From a virus: a DNA stretch of 64,000 nt. The stretch is taken from the IMG/VR virus record IMGVR_UViG_3300027736_002225; one strand, given 5' to 3'. Shown here one piece after another: positions 38,052-49,295 of the stretch (the first letter of the stretch is position 1; every line of letters starts with the position of its first letter). The notes under the pieces are model-generated. The model was not told the DNA's origin. It saw only the letters and a program-made list of their open reading frames with translations, and searched no databases. A program made the translations under genes and the position numbers.

Positions 38052-41000
38052 TTATTTTTTATTTAGTAACATTGTTAGTGAACCACTATAAATTGTATGA
38101 TACATTAAAGGATATGCATACGCATTGGTTTGTCCTGATCTTCCAACTAATGTAATAGCATAATTCCAAACCTGAGATGGTACGGAATAATCTACAAGGC
38201 CAATAATTGGATCATTGAATTTTCCATTAGCAGCAGGATTTGGCAAGGCAATCATATCTAAAACAAATCTATACCAGCCAGGCCCGCCCGGAGTATTAAT
38301 TGCTTGTGCTCCTAAACTTGTTTGTGCAACAATTAGTTTATCTCGTCTATATGAGTAAGCCGGCGTGTTTCCTAAAGCAGCAGATCCTCTACCTGATGCG
38401 TTTCCAACATCTAATACTTCTGTAGATATAGCTTGGAATGGTTGGTCAATAATAGTTATTTCATTTGCACCCCATGCTTGGCCTGCCTGCCCTGGCGCGC
38501 CACCAGGCACAGTTTCCCAATAAGTTTGCGGATTGCCTGATTGATTTGAGCCTCCAAATGCTGCTCTTATTCTAAAATATTGTAATTCTGTGCGAAGTGG
38601 ATTATACCTAACTGCCTGCGGATCACTTAACCAACCTATATAATTATCGTAACCTTGAAACTGATCAAGTACATCTGTATATAAAGAAAGTATGCCAGTT
38701 ATTGCCGTTTGATTTGGTATATATGTCCAACCAGTTGTTAACATATCAATTGAATATAAATTATAGGTACTTTGACCAAGAATTCCGCGGGCACCACCGC
38801 CTGCCAGTATTACTGGCGCAGATGTAGAAAGTTTTGTTGCAGCAACTACACCACTAATAGCATTATTTTTAATATTGACAGTATCAACTGCATTAATTGC
38901 ATTTGCGGTTAATGACCCACTAAATGTACCATTTGCGCCGTAAATATTTCCGCTGAAAACTACATCCCCTTGTATCTTACCTGTAGTAATAACACCAATA
39001 TTTGCGGACAATGCAGATAATGATCCAACATTAATTTTATCTGCAGTAATTGCTCCTGCTAAAATCTTGTTTGCAGTTACTGCATTCGTTGCAATTGCAT
39101 CTGCGCCTATAGTGCCGTTAACTAACAACCCGCCATTAATATATGCAGCTATTGCAGACCACGCGGATCCTGTCCAAAATCTTGATTGAGAGAATGATCC
39201 TGGAGAACTTGAATTATATAAAGTAACTCTATCAAGTATTACTTTTGTCAATCCTACATTCGTTATTGCGGTTTCTGCATAAGTATCATTCCAAGAAGAT
39301 AATCCTGCGACCCCATATATAAATTCTTTGTATCCTCTTTCTCCAGGCGCACCACTTGCCCCTGCTGCACCCGCTGGTCCAGTGGCACCTGTGGCGCCCG
39401 TTGATCCTGTGCCGCCAGTAACAAATGTCGTCCATGTTCCGCTTTTATAAACATAAGTATTGCCATCTGTTGAATTTTTATATACGTTATTTTCTTTTAT
39501 TCCGCTGCTTGGCGCTGTTGCATATGTACCAATGAATACAACGGGATTTTGAGACAATGCAGAAACAACTGATACATCACTTGTGCCGTCAAAAAATGTT
39601 ACTGCACTTGAAAGTTTTCCAGACCCAAACAATACTGTTCCGTCGTCGGCCTTTATTGTTAATCCTCTAGTATCAATTCTATCCGCAGTTATTGAACTTG
39701 CTGCTATTTGTGCTGCGGTAATAGTATTTGCTTTAATTTGTGCAGCTGTAATACTATTAGTTAATATTGCATTTGCAAATAATGTATTTGCAGTAATTAC
39801 CATACCGGAAACAGAATTCGCTCTAATTTGATCGCCAGTAATAGAATTGCCAACAATTGCATTACCAAATATTGTGTTACCAATTAATACCATACCGGAA
39901 ACAGAATTCGCTCTAATTTGATCGCCAGTAATAGAATTACCAACAATAGCATTTCCAAATATTGTATTGCCAATTAATACTATACCAGAAACAGAATTTG
40001 CCATAATTCTGTCACCTGTTAATGTATATGCCATAATTGCATTACCGTAAATAGTATTGCCTACAATACTCATACCGGTAATTGTATTTGCTCGAATCCT
40101 ATCGCCGGTTAAGGTATACGCCATAATGGAGTTACCATAGATTGAATTTGCCGCAACCGATACTGCAGTAACTGCATTTGCTGCAATTTTATCTGCGGTA
40201 ATTGCATACGCTTGTATAGCAGCAGCATATACCGCATTTGCCGCAATTTCTGATGCCGTTACTGCTTGTGCAGCAATCTGATCTGCGGTAATAGTATTTG
40301 CAGCAATTTGAGTTGCTGTAATTGTTCCTGTAGCAATTTCTGAAGCAGTTATTACCCCGGCTGCAATCTTGCCTGCTATGATTGAGTTTGTTGCAATCAT
40401 TCCGGAAGTAATTGTTCCCGCCGCAATTTCTGAGGCATTAATTGCACCGGCTGCAATCTTGCCGGCTATAATTGCTCCAGATGCAATTTTATCTGCAGTA
40501 ATAATTCCGGCCTGAAGTGCCGCAGCATTAATTGTATTTGCTCCAACTGTAGGAGTACCGGAGCCTTGAATATAGCTATTATAACTATTCCAAGCACCAC
40601 CTACATATATGTACAGATTACTATCTGCAGTATAAAGAATTGTTCGACCGTTAATTAAGTTTGTTGTTGGTTTTGGAGTAGTATTCCATATTTCAACTGT
40701 TGCAATTGAAGCTGCAGTTGGTGTAAATGCCGCCGCAGGTTTTACCCATGCGTTACCTTGCCAAATATATAAACCACCATCTGCCGCATTATATACTGCC
40801 TGGCCGTTTGCAGTTCCGTTTGCTGTTAATCCAGATACAATACCTACTTTAGCAACATTTGCTGCGTTTGCTGCAATTGTATTAAATACGTTTGTAAAAT
40901 TTGCAAGGGTATTTACATTAACTTGAGCTAACGCATTATTTAATGCATTTAAATTTACTGGTTGTACATTTGCTAAAGCATTTCCTAATCTTGATAAATC

Positions 41001-41552
41001 AGTATATGTTAGATTTGCAAGTGCATTCCCTAAACCACTTAAATTTGTTGGTTGTACATTTGCAAGAGCATTATTTAACGCAGTTAAATCAACATAATTT
41101 AAATTCGCAAGAGCATTATTTAATGCACCTAAACTAACATAATTTAAATTTGCAAGAGCACTATTTAACGCACCTAAATCTACATTTGCATAAATGTTGC
41201 TATAGTAAATTACATTTCCGCCCGAAAAAGTATTATTATAATAAATTACATTTGCTCCGCCACCGCCATTTCCGGCATTGATTGTAATTGTAATAACTCT
41301 ACCATTTGCATTTGCAGTAACTCCGGCTCCAACAAAATTTAAAATAGATACAGCATTTGTTAAATAAGTCCCATTTGCTTGTATTGAAATATTTGCAGAT
41401 CCTGCAGTATTGCTACCTCCAATCAAGGCCAATTGATATACATTTGCAAAATTTTTATTAACCCGTGTAAAAGCACTTCGCAAAGATTCTCCCTGCCCGT
41501 CATTTGGGTAGGTACCTACATTTACATTACTTACGGTATACGTTGTTGCCAT
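38052..41552 (-). CDS. Tail fibre / receptor-binding protein with internal repeats
   Basis: N-terminal NVGTYPNDGQGESLRSAF (gp9/gp10-like anchor); 13-aa LNNALAN repeats; 10-aa ITADxIAAxA repeats; short collagen-like Gly-X-Y run. Confidence 0.8.
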   Translation of the reverse strand: MATTYTVSNVNVGTYPNDGQGESLRSAFTRVNKNFANVYQLALIGGSNTAGSANISIQANGTYLTNAVSILNFVGAGVTANANGRVITITINAGNGGGGANVIYYNNTFSGGNVIYYSNIYANVDLGALNSALANLNYVSLGALNNALANLNYVDLTALNNALANVQPTNLSGLGNALANLTYTDLSRLGNALANVQPVNLNALNNALAQVNVNTLANFTNVFNTIAANAANVAKVGIVSGLTANGTANGQAVYNAADGGLYIWQGNAWVKPAAAFTPTAASIATVEIWNTTPKPTTNLINGRTILYTADSNLYIYVGGAWNSYNSYIQGSGTPTVGANTINAAALQAGIITADKIASGAIIAGKIAAGAINASEIAAGTITSGMIATNSIIAGKIAAGVITASEIATGTITATQIAANTITADQIAAQAVTASEIAANAVYAAAIQAYAITADKIAANAVTAVSVAANSIYGNSIMAYTLTGDRIRANTITGMSIVGNTIYGNAIMAYTLTGDRIMANSVSGIVLIGNTIFGNAIVGNSITGDQIRANSVSGMVLIGNTIFGNAIVGNSITGDQIRANSVSGMVITANTLFANAILTNSITAAQIKANTITAAQIAASSITADRIDTRGLTIKADDGTVLFGSGKLSSAVTFFDGTSDVSVVSALSQNPVVFIGTYATAPSSGIKENNVYKNSTDGNTYVYKSGTWTTFVTGGTGSTGATGATGPAGAAGASGAPGERGYKEFIYGVAGLSSWNDTYAETAITNVGLTKVILDRVTLYNSSSPGSFSQSRFWTGSAWSAIAAYINGGLLVNGTIGADAIATNAVTANKILAGAITADKINVGSLSALSANIGVITTGKIQGDVVFSGNIYGANGTFSGSLTANAINAVDTVNIKNNAISGVVAATKLSTSAPVILAGGGARGILGQSTYNLYSIDMLTTGWTYIPNQTAITGILSLYTDVLDQFQGYDNYIGWLSDPQAVRYNPLRTELQYFRIRAAFGGSNQSGNPQTYWETVPGGAPGQAGQAWGANEITIIDQPFQAISTEVLDVGNASGRGSAALGNTPAYSYRRDKLIVAQTSLGAQAINTPGGPGWYRFVLDMIALPNPAANGKFNDPIIGLVDYSVPSQVWNYAITLVGRSGQTNAYAYPLMYHTIYSGSLTMLLNKK
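39798..39938. repeat. Two identical 51-nt direct repeats at a 90-nt period within the fibre gene
   Basis: 39798-39848 is identical to 39888-39938. Confidence 0.9.
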
Positions 41553-41563
41553 TTATTACTCTC

Positions 41564-41803
41564 TTATTTCAAAGAATTTTGATTTACCAATTGTTGTAAA
41601 AGATTCTTTATCTCCGACATTTCTGTTTTCATAGTATTTATCTCTTCAGAAATAGCCTGTATTTTGGCAGAACTGTCTTTTTTCTGCTTGTATTCTTTTA
41701 TGCCTTGAATGTCGTTATTAATTAACGCGCCATTTCTTATGTTTTTAACAAACCTATTTTCGTTTTCTAATTGTACAAACATTTTAAAGTACCGCCGTTG
41801 CAA
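41564..41803 (-). CDS. Small conserved coiled-coil protein
   Basis: GALINND ... EINTMKTEMSEIKNLLQQL; usual position after the VrlC-like gene. Confidence 0.65.
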   Translation of the reverse strand: MQRRYFKMFVQLENENRFVKNIRNGALINNDIQGIKEYKQKKDSSAKIQAISEEINTMKTEMSEIKNLLQQLVNQNSLK

Positions 41804-43643
41804 TTAAATTTTTAATTTTCGGAATATATGTATCTGTACTAGAAGCATACATAACTATTTTTATTTGAAACTTATTAAAATTATTAAATACGGTAGCCGA
41901 AGTATCTGTTCTATCTGTTCCGTTTGAAACGGTGCCAGTATATGATAAATTATCTACACCAGTAGTTGTTACACTATCGCCTTCTAATATCTTATAAGTC
42001 TCTACAGTATATGAATTTTCACTTGCGCCTGCATATGATTTGGCAGAAGTTATACTATAAGATGAATCTACGTTTGCATTTTGATTGAACAACGGCATTT
42101 TGCGCCAACTTCTATTTTCAATCTTAGAATTTGTTCCGTTATCATATGAACTTAACACCCTGCAAAATACTTCAATATCTGTACCAATTTGCCGATTGAC
42201 TGCAACCTTAACTTCTAAACCAGTAGAATCAAATCCGGGTTGCAATGTAACTGGTTTACTTATATATTTTGATCTAGCAACCCCGTCATTAGAATTGGTT
42301 TCGCTGTTAGATGTGTCAGCATCATATGGATCTATATTATTTTTAAACGTATATAATATAGCACTTTGCATATCAAATATTGGCGTGATATCTTTTGATG
42401 TATTTGTAAATGATACTTGAAATTTAATATCTCCAGCATTATGCACTATAAGAGGGACCGATGTTCTTACGGGAGTTTGTTCTTTGATTCTACTGTAACC
42501 AACAAAATTTCCTGCATTATCATACCGACCATTAAAATCATATGTTATAGACGTTAAATCTCCAAAATTATATTGTCTACAATCAAGATAAAAATTGTGA
42601 TAGAATTCGTTAGGGCATGCTAATGTCTGTATCTCAAATTGTTTTGTACCTGTCTCAAATACTGCTTTATTTACTCTAAAACAAATATCAGTATTATTTT
42701 CTTCCAACCAAAGATTTGTATTTTGTGATTTAAACAATTTACCAGAATACGATTCTTTATCTAATATTTTATTTGTTCCTAAAACATATTCTCCAAGTTT
42801 TGCATAATATAAACTATATTGATCAGAATTACTATGAATACAAACTGCGTATTCTCCTGGACTTAGATGTATAGGGTGTGTCATACTAAATTTAGTAGGC
42901 AATATGGGGCCGTTAATTACGTCTGTTGGTATATTAACTGCTGAAGATTCGACTGAAGATACTGTGCCCGATATGTATTGACTTGAATCTGGTAGCCCGT
43001 TAACTACTTTTCTTAATTCTATAGAAACCGGTGCCGCAGAATCTTTCTGTGCAAAAAATAAATCTATAGAAGATATAAAAAGTCCTTGAGTATATCTTGT
43101 GGCATCTACATAAAATGTTTGCGCTAAAGGAATAAGAGAAATAGATCCACCGATTGTTCCTCGAGTTCCTATGGATGGGATTGCTGCAGTTCCAAGAGTA
43201 TCCGAAATTATATTATCATCTCTCGTTGTTGCCAACGATGTTGTTGTTTGTGCATCCTCCACTGACGAATATTTTACAATAATTGTTGCACTAACTCTGC
43301 TGTATTCTTTTGTTTCTGTAAGAGATGCTCCGCCTCGGCCACGCGAAGTAGTTTCAGTTGAATAAAATTTAATTGGTAAATCGCCTTCACTATAACCAGC
43401 AACAACTGATCTTGGTAAAATTATTTTACCATTAACAGATCCTGAACTATTCGTAATTAAAAGATCTCCAGGCAAGCCTGCTCGTTGAGAACTAGTGTCA
43501 CTACGAGAAACCGCTCGAACAATTGTATATTCTGGAATTACTAGACCAGAATAATCTACTCCAAAAATGTATGGGGTAAGTTTTGTATATGCAGCGACGC
43601 CGGAAATGTTAAAATCTAAAACAATTGATTGTGAAAGTGACAT
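41784..43643 (-). CDS. Virion structural protein resembling the C-terminal part of VrlC/DUF4815 proteins
   Basis: PLAQTFYV, FISSIDLFF, GKLFKSQN, SKYISKPVTL, FNKFQIKIVM. Confidence 0.7.
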   Translation of the reverse strand: MSLSQSIVLDFNISGVAAYTKLTPYIFGVDYSGLVIPEYTIVRAVSRSDTSSQRAGLPGDLLITNSSGSVNGKIILPRSVVAGYSEGDLPIKFYSTETTSRGRGGASLTETKEYSRVSATIIVKYSSVEDAQTTTSLATTRDDNIISDTLGTAAIPSIGTRGTIGGSISLIPLAQTFYVDATRYTQGLFISSIDLFFAQKDSAAPVSIELRKVVNGLPDSSQYISGTVSSVESSAVNIPTDVINGPILPTKFSMTHPIHLSPGEYAVCIHSNSDQYSLYYAKLGEYVLGTNKILDKESYSGKLFKSQNTNLWLEENNTDICFRVNKAVFETGTKQFEIQTLACPNEFYHNFYLDCRQYNFGDLTSITYDFNGRYDNAGNFVGYSRIKEQTPVRTSVPLIVHNAGDIKFQVSFTNTSKDITPIFDMQSAILYTFKNNIDPYDADTSNSETNSNDGVARSKYISKPVTLQPGFDSTGLEVKVAVNRQIGTDIEVFCRVLSSYDNGTNSKIENRSWRKMPLFNQNANVDSSYSITSAKSYAGASENSYTVETYKILEGDSVTTTGVDNLSYTGTVSNGTDRTDTSATVFNNFNKFQIKIVMYASSTDTYIPKIKNLIATAVL

Positions 43644-43655
43644 TATATTTGCCCG

Positions 43656-44342
43656 TTATGCTAAGAAATTATTTTCTAAAAATTTTGATTTTGCAATTGA
43701 ATCTTGTATTTCAGCAGAATCTTGTATTTCTTGCGAAATTGCAGATGTATCAAAACTTGCAGAATTTAACGTAGACCAACTAGAAGTATATCCATTGTTT
43801 ATTGCATATTGTAATGCAGTAGTTACTCCGGCATTGGCATATGTATTATTTGTATTTAAAGTACTATTAATATAATTTGTAACTAAAATAGAATTTGAGG
43901 TATAATTATTAGCTAAGAAAGTTTTCTCATAAATTAATGGTTCATATGATTTTATAAAAATTCCATTTGCAGAATTTATATTATTTGGAACAACTCCTGT
44001 TGCTGTTTGTACGTCCATTAAATTTACATAAACTCCTTGTTTTTTCTGCAATGTATCTGAACTTTGATATTTGGTTGTATCAATGCCGTCCATTCCTAAA
44101 GTTCTTAGATTATCTGCATGGACAATGTCGTTAAATTGATTTATAACATTTAAGAATGTACTGCTATTTGCATTACCGTTTAAATTCTTATATAAATCAT
44201 AAAGAACATTTCCAAAGAAATCTACCGCGCCTTGCCGAACACCGTCTATTTTTAGATTATCTAATTGTACGGGATCCGAAGCATATAAACTTGATGCCAC
44301 ATTTGATATGTTAATGTAATCTGATATTTGCGTAGTCGCCAT
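43656..44342 (-). CDS. Hypothetical virion protein
   Basis: 228-aa ORF in the baseplate operon. Confidence 0.55.
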   Translation of the reverse strand: MATTQISDYINISNVASSLYASDPVQLDNLKIDGVRQGAVDFFGNVLYDLYKNLNGNANSSTFLNVINQFNDIVHADNLRTLGMDGIDTTKYQSSDTLQKKQGVYVNLMDVQTATGVVPNNINSANGIFIKSYEPLIYEKTFLANNYTSNSILVTNYINSTLNTNNTYANAGVTTALQYAINNGYTSSWSTLNSASFDTSAISQEIQDSAEIQDSIAKSKFLENNFLA

Positions 44343-44358
44343 TTTTAGCCTTTAATTA

Positions 44359-47300
44359 TTAACCCGAACCATTGCCACCATTACCTGGACCGTGGTCTGC
44401 AGATTTCTTACCTACAAATGATATAGATGCAGGAGATGCAACTGATATATTATTAAAAGTTGTTACCCTTCCGGAATCGGTAACTATTGATGTAGGATTT
44501 ACTTTAAAATATGTATTTGCAGAAGTAGTTGTGGATGAAACATCAACATACGCTTCTTCAGTATAATTCATAGTAACAAAATTATCCTTCATGCTCACAT
44601 CTGGGTCAGCCACAAAGAATAAGTTATGTAAATCTGCAGAGAATGATGGTCTTCCTTCATTTCTTGCAATATCTATAGCAACTGTGTGATGCGGATTTGT
44701 AATATCGGCAACATTTAAACTAGAAAAATCTTCTACTAAAATGCCTGTTTTAAATAATACGTTACCCGATGTTCCGCCTCTATCAAATACTGCATTATTT
44801 AATGCGTATATCTCAAGCCCTTGTTTTTTGACTCTTTTTTCTAATTCTTGTAATTTATTATCTATTAAAGATATATCTTTCATTGTATATCTAGGAGAAC
44901 TATTATAGATAATTTTTACGTCACTTGCACTTGCAGTATATGGTGGGCTAACTAAAGTTGCAATTAACTGCAAATTTTTATCAGTTTTATCTTTATTTGG
45001 TCTAGGACTTACTGCTGATAATCCCTTATCAAGATAAAACTTACTATTTACAGATGTGTTTGCATCTCTGTTCTGTACATATAATCTATCAATTCTACTT
45101 GTATAGAAATCAATGTCTATTTGAGTGCCGGTTGCAGTATCTAATACTGGTTTGTACCAATCGTCAAATAAGAAAATATCAGATAATTGCTGACTTTCAA
45201 ATACACCGGGATTAAAATATCCAGTATCATCTTGTCTACGAGATCTATAATCTAAACAATCGCGTAAATTATATTCTGTAGTATCTTTAGGAGATCTAAA
45301 TTTAGGAATTCTATCATACATATTTACTGGATACGATACTGCATCAAAATATCCAGAACCAGAATGTGTAAAGTAATCAAATACTACAACAGTTTTTCCC
45401 GGTACTTTAGATTGATTCCCTATAAATTTTATTGACCCGTGATTATAAAATAAATCAGATTGTCCGTTATCTAAAGTATATAATAATAAAGATTCGCCTG
45501 GAATTTTAGTCCATTTTGTAGAATCTGTTAATGCTGCTCCAGTACTTGTAGCTTTTGCTTGATAAATTAAACCAGAATCTTGCACCATAGAGTTTATAGA
45601 ATACGTAGTTCCTGAACTATAATCTCCCGCAAAAGTATTACTACCAATTTTATATACGCCCTTAAGAGAATATACATCAGATTTGAACAAAGAATATGAT
45701 TGGTCTGAGGTCCAAATATTTGATTGTCTTGTATAATTTGATACTAATGTCTTTGTTTTTCTTGGTAGTATATCATTGTAAATAGTAGCACTTACATCCA
45801 TACTAGAATTAATATTTGTATTTCCAAAATTAATTGTTATTCCTGTACCCGTACTATTTAAAGTCATTACTATAGATTCTAAAGGAACAAATACATTTGC
45901 CGCAATTTTCCATGGATCGGTATTTCCATATCCATATACATATTGTCCATCAATTCCTGTAGGTTGTTTAATTATAGAAATATAATACTGTCTTTTAATT
46001 GAAGAAGATAATTCACCAACAGTACCAACAAATCTATTTGGAGAAGTAGTTGTTATAGTTGCAACCCCTGAACTAATAGTTACGTTACTATATGTTTTGA
46101 TATAAGTAGTATTATTTCTTCGTACATCTTTTATATAAGATGATTCTATTGGAAACACTAATCTATTAACACGTGTAGAATCAAATATTTTTAATTGTTG
46201 TCCACCGGCACCATTTGCCTCGAGTCCTTTAGTTACGCTAACATTTGCAAAGAAAGTAGGATTTGTATTGCTGCCTTTATTGCCTGCAGGATCACTAAAC
46301 CAATTCCTATTGCCTATTATTGACCTTATATCCCCGGGTTGTTTTGATTGAGACCAATGTGTATAAAAATCCCAATGAAACTTAAAGGTCGCAGAATCTC
46401 TATATCCGCTATCATATTGCATACCCGAAAAGGCAATATATCCTACAAGTGTAGAATTTGCACCATAGTTGCCGCCCAACATTACACCTCTGTTAGAAGT
46501 TGAATGGCATTCAAACCAATTATATTGCGAAAGAGTTTGTTCTGCAGGTATACCAAAATTAGGAGCATCAATTAAGATATATGGACCAGATGGAGTGTCT
46601 ACTGTAACGCTTTCAGTAGTAATGTAATCTTTTGCTTTTGGAACTATCAATTCTGTTCTATCTATAGTTGTTATATCATACCCACCTACAAAAGCTCTTC
46701 CTTTTGATATATAAAATTTATTTCTTGTAGCATCTGGAGTTGAACCCGACGGCGATATTGAGAAAGGATCTACAATATAATTTCCAGACTCAGCATATGT
46801 TCTTTCCGCAAGTATTGATCCTAATGTAGAATAAGTGCTATCAACAGATGACTCAATTAGATCAACTTTACCTTTTACAAATCTAGCAATTTCAATATAA
46901 TTGCCAACATAATTTGGTTTATCATTACTATCTAAATCAATACTATCAATTACCAATTCTATTTTTAATCTGTCTGCCCCTGGCCCTAAGTAATTTGAAC
47001 TACCAAAAGCAGGATCTAATAGTGAGGTATCATCGTTATAGTTTACAATAGATTCTTGATATTTTAAAATTACAGATTTATTTGGAAATGCTGTATATTT
47101 TTGTACTACAATAGATTGATATGGCACTTGTATAAAGAACCCATTTTTGTAGTATGCCCCGCTACTAATACCTAAAATTAATGACGGCGAAGTATTTTTT
47201 CGTATGAATGTTAAATTTGCAGTATTGTCAGTAACTCCAAAATTCTTATTCAATAATATTCTAGTATCAGAAACTATTTTTACTACATATAAATCTGGAG

Positions 47301-47919
47301 GAATTCCGGTAACTCCTGTAACATAATCTCCTACCGCAATTGTTCCAGTCTTTGAAACAATGACAATTTCGTCCGATAAAGACTCTGTGGTTGCAACTGC
47401 GGTGATAGTAACATCTGCAGCGGTTGTTGCACTTATTGTAGTGGATCCCTTTGTAAATGCATTGGCATGTGAATCATAAAAATATAAAGTATCATTCGGA
47501 AGAAATTCATTTATAGTATCGTTTGGAGTAACAATATTAATAATTAGTGTTTGTGGATCGCCTAAATTTGGATTATCCGCATCGTATACAAAATTGACTT
47601 TTCCTATTAAAGTACTAGATCCACTTGTAACATACTTATTCAAATATGTTGCAGAATCTACAAGAGTTGCACTTGGTTGCAATCTAACAGATTTTACATT
47701 TTGATTAATTGTAACAGATACTGGATTATCTTTTAATGCTCGGCTGCCATCAACAAATACGTGATTTGCGAATTTTTTTATCTGATCTTGTAGTATAGAT
47801 TGTAACTGAGTAAGCTCTCTTGCTTGCACAGGCACGCCTGGTTTAAACAGTATTCTGTAAAAATTCTTTGTACTATCAAAATCATCATAGTACGGTGCGG
47901 CTGCTAAATTTATATCCAT
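44359..47919 (-). CDS. Large virion structural protein (VrlC/DUF4815 N-terminal-like)
   Basis: PYYDDFD...FYRILFKPG.PVQARELTQLQSILQ, PGADRLK, LAERTYAESGNY, RYTMKDI, FKTGILVEDF. Confidence 0.8.
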   Translation of the reverse strand: MDINLAAAPYYDDFDSTKNFYRILFKPGVPVQARELTQLQSILQDQIKKFANHVFVDGSRALKDNPVSVTINQNVKSVRLQPSATLVDSATYLNKYVTSGSSTLIGKVNFVYDADNPNLGDPQTLIINIVTPNDTINEFLPNDTLYFYDSHANAFTKGSTTISATTAADVTITAVATTESLSDEIVIVSKTGTIAVGDYVTGVTGIPPDLYVVKIVSDTRILLNKNFGVTDNTANLTFIRKNTSPSLILGISSGAYYKNGFFIQVPYQSIVVQKYTAFPNKSVILKYQESIVNYNDDTSLLDPAFGSSNYLGPGADRLKIELVIDSIDLDSNDKPNYVGNYIEIARFVKGKVDLIESSVDSTYSTLGSILAERTYAESGNYIVDPFSISPSGSTPDATRNKFYISKGRAFVGGYDITTIDRTELIVPKAKDYITTESVTVDTPSGPYILIDAPNFGIPAEQTLSQYNWFECHSTSNRGVMLGGNYGANSTLVGYIAFSGMQYDSGYRDSATFKFHWDFYTHWSQSKQPGDIRSIIGNRNWFSDPAGNKGSNTNPTFFANVSVTKGLEANGAGGQQLKIFDSTRVNRLVFPIESSYIKDVRRNNTTYIKTYSNVTISSGVATITTTSPNRFVGTVGELSSSIKRQYYISIIKQPTGIDGQYVYGYGNTDPWKIAANVFVPLESIVMTLNSTGTGITINFGNTNINSSMDVSATIYNDILPRKTKTLVSNYTRQSNIWTSDQSYSLFKSDVYSLKGVYKIGSNTFAGDYSSGTTYSINSMVQDSGLIYQAKATSTGAALTDSTKWTKIPGESLLLYTLDNGQSDLFYNHGSIKFIGNQSKVPGKTVVVFDYFTHSGSGYFDAVSYPVNMYDRIPKFRSPKDTTEYNLRDCLDYRSRRQDDTGYFNPGVFESQQLSDIFLFDDWYKPVLDTATGTQIDIDFYTSRIDRLYVQNRDANTSVNSKFYLDKGLSAVSPRPNKDKTDKNLQLIATLVSPPYTASASDVKIIYNSSPRYTMKDISLIDNKLQELEKRVKKQGLEIYALNNAVFDRGGTSGNVLFKTGILVEDFSSLNVADITNPHHTVAIDIARNEGRPSFSADLHNLFFVADPDVSMKDNFVTMNYTEEAYVDVSSTTTSANTYFKVNPTSIVTDSGRVTTFNNISVASPASISFVGKKSADHGPGNGGNGSG

Positions 47920-47933
47920 TTTTTATCCTACAA

Positions 47934-49265
47934 TTAGAACTCTATAACTATGTGAATATTTTCTGCTTGGTCAGAACTTCTTGTTATTTTTTTACGGTTT
48001 TCAACATATAACACTTTGCCAGTATTTTCTTTTACTTCTGGTCTCACTATCGAAGAAACAATTCCTGTTGCTAAAGATGTATTTCCTGTTATTGTTTCTC
48101 CGCCAATAAATCCCGCATTTTGATTTAATTTGTATTCAAGCGGAACAATATATTTTATTGATGCGTTTCCTGTTATTACATTTGCATTTGCGGATATAAC
48201 AATTCCTTTAGTATTAGTTATTGTTGAAACGGAACCAGTTATAATCTCATCCAATAAAAATGTACCAGATACACTTGTTAAATTTAACGTAAATGTTGCA
48301 TCCATAGTTAATTCAGTTGCAACCGAAGATGTTGCATTTGAAACTGGATTCTGTACTACAGCAATTCTTCTATAATCATTAACTATAGGGAAATCTCCAC
48401 CGCCCTCTGCATAATCTAACCTTGTATTTATCATAATATAATAACCGCCCAATTCCTCAATATTATTATATCCATGTCCACGTAATGGACTTATAATTGG
48501 TCTAGCAATTGCATTCGGCGCATATGTACTATCAATAATAACATTTGCATATGTATATCCACTGCCAGAATCTAATAATTTAACTGATGTTACGCCGCCG
48601 CCTGAATAATTTATATTTCCCAAGGCTGCCCCTGTTCCATTCCCTTTTAACGATCCCGATATACTCGATGTATTTAATGAAACATTTGAATATACTGTTC
48701 CTGGATTGTCGACCACAATACTATCAATTGTTCCCGGAACGGCGGTGGCAGTAACATCACTATTTAGATTTACTGCCATAAAATCATTTGTCAAAAATTT
48801 TAATAAATCTGTGTCAGTTAAGGAATACAAATATTTCCAACGATATCCATCTGCAGTTGTAACTATTGAAGTTGACATGCCGCTTGGTTTATCTGTTGAT
48901 GTTACTCCGTTATTATTTGAAATACATTTATATACGTTATATTCGGGCAATGTTAATACATAAAAATTAGAATTAAACAAATTATTATTTGAATTATCAT
49001 ATTGGGAATAAACTTCACCCGGAAACCAATCATGTCTTTTTACAACTTGTTTTATATCTGCAGATACTATTCTTTTTAATGCAATATTTTCTGAAGAATA
49101 TACAACATCTTGATATTGCGTATTTGTGGGGGTCGGGGGAGAATTTTCGTTAGACCATCTTTGAGGTCTACCCACAGAAAGATATAATGTATCGCTACCC
49201 GATGTGCTTTCTATAAACTTTGTAGCGTTATATAGTTTAAAATTGTTTGTTATAATTTGAGACAT
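47934..49265 (-). CDS. gp8: gp8 baseplate wedge subunit
   Basis: YNVYKCISN, DGYRWKYLY, YVENR...R...QAENIHIVIEF. Confidence 0.88.
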   Translation of the reverse strand: MSQIITNNFKLYNATKFIESTSGSDTLYLSVGRPQRWSNENSPPTPTNTQYQDVVYSSENIALKRIVSADIKQVVKRHDWFPGEVYSQYDNSNNNLFNSNFYVLTLPEYNVYKCISNNNGVTSTDKPSGMSTSIVTTADGYRWKYLYSLTDTDLLKFLTNDFMAVNLNSDVTATAVPGTIDSIVVDNPGTVYSNVSLNTSSISGSLKGNGTGAALGNINYSGGGVTSVKLLDSGSGYTYANVIIDSTYAPNAIARPIISPLRGHGYNNIEELGGYYIMINTRLDYAEGGGDFPIVNDYRRIAVVQNPVSNATSSVATELTMDATFTLNLTSVSGTFLLDEIITGSVSTITNTKGIVISANANVITGNASIKYIVPLEYKLNQNAGFIGGETITGNTSLATGIVSSIVRPEVKENTGKVLYVENRKKITRSSDQAENIHIVIEF

Positions 49266-49295
49266 TGGTTTTTATTCCATCTAATTTATTATTTA

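Noticed and set aside
39798-40130. Fibre repeats as a diversity-generating retroelement TR/VR pair or CRISPR array
   Set aside because: They are in-frame tandem coding repeats with no adenine-specific mismatch pattern, and there is no reverse transcriptase or cas gene in the window.
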